Shown here: piece by piece, positions 53,096-63,129 of the stretch | Position numbering within the stretch: the first letter of the stretch is position 1 | How the letters are laid out: the number at the start of each line of letters is the position of its first letter | Notes under the pieces: model-generated | Database searches by the model: none | The model's input: only the letters and a program-made list of their open reading frames with translations | What the model was told of the DNA's origin: nothing | Assembly: GCA_964016885.1 (NCBI GenBank) | Contig: OZ024760.1 | Span: 34,844,001 to 34,908,000, forward strand | Direction: 5' to 3' | DNA from: Eledone cirrhosa | Taxonomy: Eukaryota | Length of the DNA stretch: 64,000 nt | Position numbers and translations under genes: made by a program

Positions 53096-53706
53096 CACAG
53101 CTGTGATATACCATTTAGAATGGGGTGTAGAGCCTGTCACACCCTACCACAGCTGAGGTATACCACCTAGGCTGCGGTGTAGAGTCTTTCACTCCCAGCT
53201 GAGATATACCACCTAGGCTGGGGAGTAGCGTCTGTCACTCCCTACCACAGCTGTGATATACCACCTAGACTGCGGTGTCACTCCCTTCCACAGCTGTGAT
53301 ATACCATTTATACTAGGGTGCAGAGTCTACCACTCCCTACCACAGCTGAGATATACCACTTAGACTGGGGTGTAGAGTCTGTCACTCCCTACCACAATTG
53401 TGATATACAACCTAGACTGGGGTGTAGAGTCTATCCCTCCCTACCACAGCTGTGATATACCACCTAGGCTGGGGTGTATAGTCTGTCACTCCCTACCACA
53501 GCTGTGATATACCACCTAGACTGGGGTGTAGAGTCTGTCACTCCCTACTACAGTTAGGATATACCACCTAATCTGGGGTGTAGAGTCTGTCACTCCCAAC
53601 CACAGCTGAGGTATTCCACCTAGACTGGGGTGTAGAGTCTGTCACTCCCTACCACAGCTGAGATATACCCTCCAGACTGGGGTGTAGAATCAGCTACTTC
53701 CTTTCA

Positions 53707-53725
53707 TTTTTTTTTTTTTTTTTTT
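53707..53725. repeat. Poly(T)19 tract just past the satellite end
   Basis: Direct. Confidence 0.9.
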
Positions 53726-53842
53726 CACTTTTTATTGCCACCAAAATTGTAATTTGTTGGATACAGTTTCTTTCTTCCTACCAGAAAGTACTTACAAAAA
53801 TGTATTAATTTGCAGTATAAATTCCACATTACACAACCATAA

Positions 53843-54140
53843 GGTGGATGTCTGAGGCAGAATGGTTAGGGTTCTGGGATGTCAATCATAAGGTTGTGAG
53901 TTCAATTTCCGCATATTGTGTCCTTGTGCAAGACTCTTTACTTCACATTACTTCAGTTCATTCAGCTGGAGGAAATAAGTTGTGCCTGTAATTCATGGAG
54001 GCCAGCCTTTTCAAAGCATTGTGTCATACCAAATCTCCTTGAGAACTATGTTAACAGTGCATTTATCTGTGGAATGCTCAGCCACTTGTAGATTCATTTC
54101 CCAAGCAGACTGTTCCATTGATTTAATCAACTGGAGCACT
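53843..54140 (+). mobile_element. SINE family 2, near full length
   Basis: A-box-like ggcagaatggttagg, B-box gagttcaatttcc, then tgtgtccttgtgcaagac. Reverse complement of the 3500 and 7590 copies. Confidence 0.65.
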
Positions 54141-54370
54141 CATAAGATACAACAGACAGCCAACTCACAACTGGAGCAGATATCAGATACAACAGACAGC
54201 CAACTCACAACTGGAGCAGATATCAGATACAACAGACAGCTAACTCACAACTGGAGCAGATATCAGATACAACAGACAGCCAACTCACAACTGGAGCAGA
54301 TATCAGATACAACAGACATCCTACTCATAACTGGAGTAGACATCATCAGAAACAGACATCCAACTCACAC
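54128..54370. repeat. 40-bp minisatellite, about 6 copies (caactggagcagatatcagatacaacagacagccaactca)
   Basis: ctggag at 54131, 54171, 54211, 54251, 54291 and 54331. Confidence 0.92.
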
Positions 54371-54416
54371 ATTTCCACATACTTATCACTCATCGGTATA
54401 TTTTCTTTATTTCCAG

Positions 54417-54510
54417 CCCAGATGTTCGAGCTTTTCTATCGCTAGACAATTCTAGAAATGCCCAAGAAACTGTTGATACGGAAAATTTCTACGACTCTGA
54501 TCCCATCATG
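54417..54510 (+). CDS. SGK3: SGK3-like exon (94 nt): (H)PDVRAFLSLDNSRNAQETVDTENFYDSDPIM
   Basis: Strong acceptor and gtaaat donor, phase 2/0. HPDVRAFL matches the end of the SGK3 PX domain. Confidence 0.9.
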
Positions 54511-54611
54511 GTAAATATATTTATATTCCTATGGTTGTTTTCCTTTCTATCTATGGTAGTTAATATTGCACTACAATGTCTCAACTCTTTTGATACCAAA
54601 CTGCCTAAAAC

Positions 54612-55295
54612 TGTAGACAGACATAGATAGACATAGTCTTAAGTACAGTCATAAGTGTAGTTCAGTTGTGATGTCATATATTGACACAGTCATAAGTATA
54701 GGATAATTATGATATCATGTAGACAGTCTTAAGTACAGTCATAAGTATAGAATAGTTTGCTGTTTTAAGACTTTATTGCTTTCTCCTTGTTAACTACTTA
54801 ACCCTGCAATGGTCGCCCCGCAGCCCCAGAAGACTGGCCTCCCTGGCTGACAGAATAGAGAAGGCGTTTCCCCAGAGGATGGTGAGGGAGACGTGCTGGA
54901 AGAGCCATTCCAGCTCACATGGCTCACATCTGTGGGTAGCCAACTCTGTACCAATGGTGGTGAGTAGGGAGGTGGTCCTAGGGACAAGGACACCAGAAGT
55001 CTCCGACTCTGTCATAACTGTAGGACAGTTGAGATTGTCATATAGATAGACACAGTCATAAGTACAGTCACAAATGTAGGACAGTTGTGATGTCATATAT
55101 AGACACAGTCATAAGTACAGTCACAACTGTAGGACAGTTGTGATGTCATAGATAGACACAGTCATAAGTACAGTCACAACTGTAGGACAATTGTGATATC
55201 ATAGATAGACACAGTCATAAGTACAGTCACAACTGTAGGACAGTTGTGATGTCATAGATAGACACAGTCATAAGTGAAGGACAGCTGTGATGTCT
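54612..55295. repeat. 53-bp minisatellite with an internal hairpin (decayed 54612-54750, regular 55009-55295)
   Basis: gacacagtcataagt at 55049, 55102, 55155, 55208 and 55261. Confidence 0.88.
54752..55008 (-). mobile_element. 3'-terminal fragment of a CRE-like (restriction-like endonuclease) non-LTR retrotransposon
   Basis: Minus frame reads ETSGVLVPRTTSLLTTIG...EPCELEWLFQHVSLTILWGNAFSIL, resembling the CRE C-terminal ET.G..G....L..IG...LFQR.S..I.RGNA..IL pattern. A downstream minus-strand AATAAA lies near 54775. Confidence 0.6.
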
Positions 55296-55730
55296 AATAT
55301 AAATATCAGATATTTTCTACTAGATCATTACAGTATGTTCAGAATTAAAGGGATTTAGTTCATCATATCGACTACAATCCTTTATTTTTTTGTTCAAATT
55401 TAAACTTAATATTTATATTTTAGTAATTCTATTTTCTTGTCTTTCTCCATTGGTTATTTGTTTAGACTGGAAGTTAGTAAATATCTGTTCATTGTTGAAA
55501 TAAAAGTCTGATTCTCTCAGAAACTAGGAAACCTATTTATAAGTCTCCATTGCAGTATATGTTTCAGGCTGTCGTATATATTAAATGGATTATAGCTTAG
55601 TAGATTACACTTCTTAATGGGATTTACTCTAGATTATTTATTCTCACTACAAATATATATTTATTATACATCACTTTCATTATCATCATCATCATCATAC
55701 ATCCATCTTTCCATGTTGTCATGAGTTGTC

Positions 55731-58289
55731 CCAGACCATGTCAACACTGTTACTTGGAGTCGTTTATCATCCTCCAAATTACCATCAGGACACTCAATTT
55801 TGTGATATCCTCGGAGTTGCTGCCAGGAAAACAGTCACTTATGTTTTTATTGCAGGGTACTTCAATCGTCCTGAGATTGATTGGGAAACCTTTCGTTGGC
55901 TGCAAAGTGCAAATGACTTCCTTGAGCTAGTGCTGGACTCGAACTGGTCCTCGAACTGGTCCTCGAACTGGACCTACTCTTCACTACCCCCGAAACGGTC
56001 ATTAGTGTTACTACTCAGGAAGCTTTAGGTGACTCTGATCATGCTGTGATCATTGCCAATCTATCCCTCATGGGCAGTAACAAAAACCACAACCATCTCC
56101 AAACTGGTCACTTTAACTAAAATAAAGCAGACTGGAACTGTTACTGCACCGAGTTGCAACATCCAAACTGGCTTGAGTTCTACGACTCTGGAGATGTCAA
56201 TACTGTACTCCAGAACATCCTGAACTCAATATGGACAGCATGTGCATCATTGGTGCCACGTAAGCAGAAAAAACATCCCAAACTGCAATTTGGGAGAATG
56301 CAGCAGTCCGTCTTGCCAGAAAAGAACATTGTAATGCTGAACGTGAGTACAAACTGCATAAATCAGATATCAATAGGAAGAAGCGAAATAAATCATCCAA
56401 CCATCTCATGTAGGTGACAAAAAAAGGCAGTGCTTCAATTTGAGCAGCGCATGGTAACCAGCCCTGACAGTAAGGTGTTCTGGAAGTATGTTCACTCAAA
56501 GCAGAGGCCTTACTCTCCAGTTGGTCCTCTTTGCAATCCCCACACAAGCCAGGTTACTGATGACCCCAAGGAATGCGCAGAGCTCATTACTGAATGCTAT
56601 GCAGGCATTTTCACTATTGAAGACCAGAGTGTAGCGTCTCCACCACCTCTGACATCGGATTATATTACAACTATGGAGTTTACACCTGCAATGCTACGAC
56701 GTCACCTTAAAAATAAACGCAACCATGCCTCTCCTGGTCTTGATGGTGTTACGTACCTGCTTCTAAAATGTGGTGAGTACTTCCTTCTGCACCAGCTGTC
56801 ATGCTTCTTCCAATTCTGTCTGAACAATGGTGCTACTCCAGATCAGTGGAAAACTGCCAGTGTCATTCCTCTGTTCAAAAAGGGTGACCGCACATCACCT
56901 GTGAACTATCGTCCAGTCAGTCTTACTAGCTGCATTGCCAAACTGATGGAATCCTGTGTCAGAGAAACGCTTTGGAACTTCTGGAACTCTCACAGTCTTA
57001 TCCAGCCCTCGCAATTTGGATTTATCCCTAACTCCAGCTGTTGTGATCAACTTATCGAGTTAATGAAGACATCACCCGGATCACTGATGGCAGCTCATGG
57101 TTGGATGTTATTTACCTTGTGCCACACAAAAGACTTATGGCAAAACTCTTTGCAATGGGTGTGAAGGATGATCTTTTTAACTGGTTGAATCCCTTCATTC
57201 TCAGTCGAAGAGAGGTAGTCACGGTTCTAGGACAGCATTCCTCACCATATGAGATGTCATCTGGTGAACCACAGGGATCTCTTCTTGGCCCCCTTTTGTT
57301 TGTGGCATAGATGCTGAAATATGCAGATGACATCAAGCTGTACCTTGAGATAAAAAGGACAGATCCTGAACACTATAGATCTTGCCTGCAATCTGACCTG
57401 GACACAATGCAACAATGGATCACAGACAGGCAACTCAAGCTGTCTATGGACAAGTGTACCACCATGCATTTTGGGAGTAAAAACCCAGCGTCCACATACT
57501 CCCTCCACAACACTAAAATCAAGAAGTCTTCTTGTGAACGTGACCTGGGCATTATGGTCAGCAGCGATTTGCGTTGGACGAAGCACGTCTCTAAAATTGT
57601 CAAGAAGGCCGAGGATGTCTTAGCATCACTCAGCAAGACCTTTGTCAGCTGCTCTCCAGCTATTTATTTAGAGCTGTATATAGCTATGGTGCGGCCACAC
57701 TTAGAATTTGCATCACCAGTCTGGAACCCCTATCTTGCTCAGAACATTGACTGTCTGGAAACTGTTGAGAGACGTGCAACCAAGTGAACACCCTCCATCA
57801 GGCATCTACCATACTCTGAACACTTTGCTTCCCTGGGCATGGATACATTGAAGCTCCGACGTCTGGCATCTGACTTGGTAAACACCCACAAAATTACTAA
57901 CCATCTTGCCAACAACAACCCTGAGTACCTTTTTGATTTCCATGTGTCTAACACACGTGGCCATGCCTACAAAGTCAGAAAACAAGCCAGCTCCCATGAC
58001 TTTCGGAAACATTTTTTCATGTTCAGAGTTGCTGAAGCATGGAACAAACTACCTGCATCAGTTGTTAGCTGTTAGGATGCTGCATCCTTTAAAACCTCCA
58101 TGCTTCCTGAGATTCGCCAACACTACACCTAATATTTCCTCTCCATACACACGCACACATGTATATCATGACTCATACACTATTCACTTCCCTGACATTT
58201 GTATATTATTCTATGTACTATACATGCACCTTTGACGAGTTATGTGCACCTGAGCACTGAACACAATAATTTCATTATTATTCTTATTA
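55731..58289 (+). mobile_element. 5'-truncated, disabled CR1/L2-group LINE (APE remnant plus reverse transcriptase)
   Basis: GVVYHPP, GYFNRPEIDW and LGDSDH (endonuclease). PGLDG, WK...VIPLFKKGD..SPVNYRPVSLTS, QFGF, VPHKRL, PQGSLLGPLLF, YADD, ERDLG, VRPHLEFASPVWNP. Frameshifts, stops at 57308 and 57785, and an (att)n tail. Confidence 0.92.
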
Positions 58290-58564
58290 CTTGAGTAGGC
58301 TGGAGAATCATGTCTTTTTCATGTGTTTCATATTTTGTTATGGTTTTTATAGCTGTGTTTCATTCCTAACACCAACTACTTTACAGCGTGTACTGGGTGC
58401 ATGTTATCATGGCACCAGCTCTAGCAATGGAACATACTCAGCAAGACTGTATAGTCCTGTTAATGTTTGTTTTTTTTGTTCACCAAATTCTCTGTAAATT
58501 TTAAATGATTTAAAAAAGGCTTTGGCTTACTTAAAAGTAAATGAAACCTACACATAACTGTTTC

Positions 58565-58690
58565 TAGTTTAGGCACAAGGCTATCAATTTTGATGGGAGG
58601 AGAAAGTCAATTAGATTTACCCAGTACTTAACTGGTACTTCATTGTATCAACCCTGAAAGGTTGAAAGGCAAAGTTGACTTTGGTGGAAA
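58565..58690 (-). mobile_element. Family-1-related SINE 3' half
   Basis: ggcacaaggc, cccagtacttaactggtact and tgaaaggcaaagttgac are the reverse complement of the SINE body. Confidence 0.65.
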
Positions 58691-58758
58691 AAAGACAGAC
58701 AGGCAGACAGAAAGGCTGGACAGTTAATAATATATTATGTTATTTGTTAATGTTTCAG

Positions 58759-58808
58759 AATGATAAAGATAGTAATCCTGTCAATCTCGGTCCCAGTGAG
58801 AAACCAAG
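58759..58808 (+). CDS. SGK3: SGK3-like exon (50 nt): NDKDSNPVNLGPSEKP(S)
   Basis: tttcag acceptor and gtaggt donor, phase 0/2. NLGPS is the conserved pre-kinase motif of SGKs. Confidence 0.9.
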
Positions 58809-58815
58809 GTAGGTA

Positions 58816-58853
58816 TTACTACTACTACTACTACTAATAATAATAATAATAAT
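58816..58853. repeat. (TAC)n(TAA)n compound microsatellite
   Basis: Direct. Confidence 0.85.
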
Positions 58854-58904
58854 ATTTATATCCACAAAGTCAGACCAAATCGTTTTCACTAGTTATATTA
58901 ATAT

Positions 58905-59995
58905 TTTCTTTATTAACCACAAGGGTTGATATAAAGTATAACATTAAGGACAGCACAGGACATCACAAATGGGCATTTCTGCATGTAAAAAAAACAAAAA
59001 CAAAATTATATGTATAAAAAACAATAGAGGGGAGACTTCCGAGGGTCACTCATGGAAAAAGCCCACAAAAAAGCCTTGGTTACCCTGACTGCTAGGGCAA
59101 GCACCCTCTTCCAGTTTTCCTCCTATGATACTACAGGCACACACTCAGGGTAGACCCATTCACACGGGCCATTCTTGCCTCTCTTACCCACCTTTCAACA
59201 AACTGGCTGGAAGGCAGCACTTCCCTCTCCACCCTAATTTTCCTTTACAGGTGAAACCTGAAAAAGTTAATGAGGGCGTCACCGAAGAGGAAAGTGCCCA
59301 TCTTCAACCCTTTCAGACACGTCTACCATACAACCTCTTTTATCATGGCCACCAGGCAGATAAAAACTGCTTGCCCCTCTTGGTTAAAGGAGGGCAGCGG
59401 GGCAATCCTCACGATCGACTCAGCTGATAGCCGGATCTGTCCTACATGCGACAGCAGGTGTTCGATATAAACCCACTTGGACACTGGAAGAGGGCATGCA
59501 GAACGGTTTCATCGCCCTGCGTGCATCTCAGTCAGGTCTAGCTGACAGCACTTCCATGCCTGTAGAGTTTATCCTGAACTGGCAAAGCTCCCCGGTAGCA
59601 CTGCCAGACCAGAGATTTCTAGAAGTTGTCTATGAGCCCCGGCCTGAAAGTTCTCCTGAAGAGATTGGCTAGTTGATTTTCCTCGATGCCCACAGTCTCC
59701 CCGAGGATGTCATAGCTCTTTCCCCCCACTAATCCTCTATAGAATACCAATGTGGAGTTTCCACCATTCGCATCGCCTGACTGGTAAAGGGCTGTGAGCA
59801 CTTGAAGACCCAGGACTGCAACTCCGTCAAGGAGACGAACTGGGGAAAAACGCATCTACCAAACGGCGTCCACACCTGATTACCATTGAGGAAGAGGTGG
59901 AGATGCCGTAACCTGAGCACATGTCTGTGCATCATCAGCCACGGCATGCCTAGACCTCCGCATAGCGGGTGTTGACAGCAGATGGACCGCTTGTA
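58905..59995 (-). mobile_element. 3' fragment of an L1/Tx1-clade LINE (disabled)
   Basis: Minus strand reads SICCQHPLCGGLGMPWL (post-RT GGLG motif) and later DETVLHALFQCP (CCHC zinc-knuckle end)...KEVVW. AATAAA near 58910. Confidence 0.75.
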
Positions 59996-60053
59996 ATTGA
60001 TTCTGATTTAGACACAAAGCTAATAATAATATTAATAATATTTATACCCACAG

Positions 60054-60111
60054 TGTCAGGCCAAGTGATTTTGAATTTTTGAAAGTTATCGGAAAAGGCA
60101 GTTTTGGAAAG
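60054..60111 (+). CDS. SGK3: SGK3-like exon (58 nt): (S)VRPSDFEFLKVIGKGSFGK
   Basis: cacag acceptor and gtaaat donor, phase 2/0. Glycine-rich loop GKGSFGK. Confidence 0.96.
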
Positions 60112-60750
60112 GTAAATACTTAGTCTCTTCCTCCTTCTTCTTCGTCTTCGTCTTCGTCTTCTTCTATCATTGGGTGATGGGAGATCTCCACCCACCGACT
60201 AGCCCTCTCATGCGCCTGATTTAGGATCCCAGGCTAGGACCTTTTCTACAAACCTCAACCAGATCTACCTTGCATGGTCACAAGTCCTGTCATCAGCTTG
60301 CTCCCATGACAGGCCCATGTCCTCCCTGGTCCTCCTCCACAAACCTCAACCAGATCCTGGCATCCCTGCCTCACTTTCTACACCACCCAAGAGAGACTCT
60401 CCCACTTTATTCTTGGTTCATATAAGTATTTGTTAGTTTTTAAATGAATACATTGCTATCCCCCTCCCTCCCTTTAAATATTTCTTATCTCAACCTCTAT
60501 TCTATTATTCTCTTGTTTTCTAATTTTGTGATATTGATTTGCTTATTTAATGCATCTATTATTACGTATATTCTGCTCCTGACATTCTTGCCTGTTATTA
60601 TTATTATTTATTGCATTACCTAGCACAGCTCTGTGCACCTTGGGTATGTGCAGTATTGTTTTTGGTGTTATTTCTATTGTATTGAGGTTTCCTTTCATAA
60701 TGTGCCTAGTGGGGCTATTTTCTTCTTTTTCATCATCATTATTATGATTT

Positions 60751-60933
60751 GGTGGATTGGCAGTATTGGTAGAGGGTCGGACGCCATGCTTTGATGCATA
60801 GAGTTACGGCCCTTGCCATTCTGAGTTCAAATCCCGCCGAGGTTAACTTTGCCTTTCATCCTTACGGGGTCGATAAAATAAAGTACCAGTAATACACTGG
60901 GTAATTGCTGGCCTTGTGCCTAACGTAGAAACA
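60751..60933 (+). mobile_element. SINE family 1 (subtype like the 5800 copy)
   Basis: Full length, flanked by attattatgattt. Confidence 0.88.
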
Positions 60934-60946
60934 ATTATTATGATTT

Positions 60947-61130
60947 GGTGGATTGGCAGTATCGGTAGAGGGTCGGACACCATGCTTTCCAGCATAGAGT
61001 TACCTCCCTTTATGATTTGGGTTCAAATCCTGCCGAGGTTAACTTTGCCTTTCATCCTTACAGGGTCGATAAAATAAAGTACCAGTAATACACTGGGATA
61101 ATTGCTGGCCTTGTGCCAAAAGTAGAAACA
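60947..61130 (+). mobile_element. SINE family 1 (subtype like the 636 copy), head-to-tail with the previous copy
   Basis: Full length, flanked by attattatgatt(t). Confidence 0.88.
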
Positions 61131-61199
61131 ATTATTATGATTCTTATTGTTGTGGTTGCCGTAATTGTTACTCAAACAATTATCTCTTTCGTTGTACAG

Positions 61200-61415
61200 G
61201 TAATGTTGGCTCGTCACAGAACAGAAGGTAAAATTTATGCCATCAAAGTACTGCAAAAGAAGGCTGTGATGAAACGCAATGAAGTACGACATATCATGTC
61301 TGAAAGAAATGTCCTTGTACAGAACGTCAAACATCCTTTCCTCGTTGGCCTCCATTATTCTTTCCAAACACCCGACAAACTTTATTTCGTACTGGACTAT
61401 GTTAATGGTGGAGAG
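61200..61415 (+). CDS. SGK3: SGK3-like exon (216 nt): [21 protein letters not shown]...[42 protein letters not shown]
   Basis: tacag acceptor and gtaata donor, phase 0/0. Catalytic Lys (AIK), alphaC Glu (ERNVL) and SGK-typical [16 protein letters not shown]. Confidence 0.97.
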
Positions 61416-62154
61416 GTAATATTCAAAACAAAAACAGTTGGGTTTATTTTATTTAGAAGGCTACAACAATGGTAAGATAACATTAACCCCTTCAGTGCCA
61501 CTGACAAGATAACTCGTCCTAACGTTTGAACTTCTTTCCAACAGTTCATAACTTCAAAGCTAGATGGGGTTACTAGTTTATTGATGTGACGCTTGTCAAT
61601 CAAAATAGTCATTTTACTGAAAAAAACAACAACACAGCAGCTGTAGCTGTGTAAAATATACACAGCAGTCAAATATTAAATGTTAAATATATGATGATAA
61701 CAAAGATGTTTCAATGGTACCTTGGAGTTATTTAGTCCTTAATATTTCGCAAAATATCCCTTCATCAAAAGAAGTGTTGAGTAAACTAATTCAGAGTAGG
61801 GTACTTTACCCAGAAACATTAAAGACTATCAAGGAACTCCAAGGTAACGTTCTAACATCTTTGTTATATTTTTTATGTTTAATGTCCTCTTTACATTGCT
61901 GTAGCCTTCTAAAATAAAAAAAAACACTATTTTGTACACTTCACACAACGCTTGAAATAAACTACAACAGCATCTTAAAAATATTGAAATGTCCAATTAT
62001 ATGTTAATAGCAGTAAGGTAATAATGTAAACCAAAATATAGACATTTTTATGTTGACTTTTCCGTGCTAACAGGGGTTGGATGGGACTTTTGAAGGCAAT
62101 GTTTTACTGCCAGATGTCCCCTTCCTAACATTAAGCCTTGTAGTTGCTTCTTAC

Positions 62155-62290
62155 TGATATGGTGTACCTATTGTAAACCAGATACACAGGGATATGGTGT
62201 ACTTATTCTAAACCAGATTCATACTAGGATATGGTGTACCTATTGTAAACCAGAATGAGGGATATGGTGTACCTTTTCTAAACCAGATAC
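62155..62290. repeat. 33-37-bp minisatellite, 4 copies (ggatatggtgtacctattgtaaaccaga...)
   Basis: gatatggtgtac at 62156, 62191, 62228 and 62261. Confidence 0.85.
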
Positions 62291-62725
62291 ATACATAATA
62301 TAGAATTATTTAAAACAAAAACATGAATGTTTCCCATTGAAATGTCCTTTTTTTATGTTTGAGAAAATACAAAGAGAGAGTTTATAGAGTTTAAATCATA
62401 GGATTAATGATAACAGCGATGACTTGGACAGGATTATACCTGTAATTAGTCGTACCTCATCCCTTTCACTCAGGAAAAATACCTTGGAGCTAATACAACG
62501 GTTGCAGATACATGCTGGATAGTAAATAAATATGAGATGCCTATATTATCATCATCATCATTTTAATTCATTTTCTCCATGTTAGCATGGGTTGGAGGGG
62601 TCCTTTTCAACACAGCATCTCTCACCTCACCACATTCATAATATTTGTGTGTGTGTCTGTGTATTCAAGTTGAATGTGTTGCATGTTTTGACAATAACAT
62701 TAATAAAAATTCTTTTCTTGTGCAG

Positions 62726-62838
62726 CTGTTTTTCCATTTACAACGAGAACGATTCTTCCCAGAACCAAGAGCTCAGTTTTATGCTGCAGAAATGGCCAGT
62801 GCCCTTGGATATCTTCATTCCCTTAATATTATCTACAG
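62726..62838 (+). CDS. SGK3: SGK3-like exon (113 nt): [37 protein letters not shown](R)
   Basis: tgcag acceptor and gtcagt donor, phase 0/2. Near-identical to the SGK1/3 sequence as recalled. Confidence 0.97.
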
Positions 62839-62956
62839 GTCAGTTAATACTATCTATAGGTCGGTTAATATTATCTAAAAGTCACTTAATATTATCTATA
62901 GGTCAGTTAACATTACCTACAGGTCAGTTAATATTATCTGTAGGTCAGTTAATATT
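62823..62956. repeat. 21-bp tandem repeat (ttaatattatctacag|gtcag), 6.4 copies, spanning the exon/intron junction
   Basis: Units start at 62823, 62844, 62865, 62886, 62907, 62928 and 62949 (partial). Confidence 0.92.
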
Positions 62957-63129
62957 CATGGCACTAGTACTACCACTTTACCGAGTGGACTGGGTGCTTC
63001 TTGTCATGGCACCAGTACTACCACTTTACAGATTCGACAAGATGCTTATTGTCATGGCACCACTATGACCATAGTAACAAAACGTTGATAATTTTTATTA
63101 TATCATAATTTCCTGATCTATTTTTACAG

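Larger units (their letters stand above)
7866..53691. repeat. 45.8-kb satellite array, 52-bp monomer (ccacctagactggggtgtagagtctgtcactccctaccacagctgWgatata), roughly 880-900 units
   Basis: Uninterrupted head-to-tail repeats in one orientation (e.g. ccacc at 8136 and 8188). Recurrent 46- and 43-bp deletion variants. Copy number estimated from length/52. Confidence 0.98.
5197..54416 (+). other. SGK3: 49,220-bp phase-2 intron of the SGK3-like gene
   Basis: gtaagt...ttttctttatttccag. The split codon CA|C gives His and restores the conserved HPDVRAFL, so no exon appears to be missing. Confidence 0.88.

Noticed and set aside
7866-53691. CRISPR-like array
   Set aside because: There are no unique spacers: the whole 52-bp unit is repeated with point variants. 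No cas genes, and the context is a spliceosomal intron.
53982-54455. 157-aa ORF
   Set aside because: Made of SINE and 40-bp repeat sequence, and overlaps the true exon in the wrong frame.
56430-58075. Active or domesticated reverse transcriptase, or a retron-like system
   Set aside because: Multiple frameshifts and stops plus 5' truncation indicate a dead LINE copy.
59950-60195. Poly-Arg ORF on the minus strand
   Set aside because: Translation of a (ctt/cgt)n microsatellite, antisense to a real exon.
60187-60720. C-rich segment with a short internal duplication (acaaacctcaaccagatc twice), possibly a retroelement 3' remnant
   Set aside because: No diagnostic motif or second copy in the window, so it cannot be classified.
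61023-61367. 114-aa antisense ORF
   Set aside because: Shadow of the kinase exon plus a SINE, with no recognisable motif.
61483-61520. TTAA-CCCC piggyBac-like left end
   Set aside because: No convincing matching right TIR was found.
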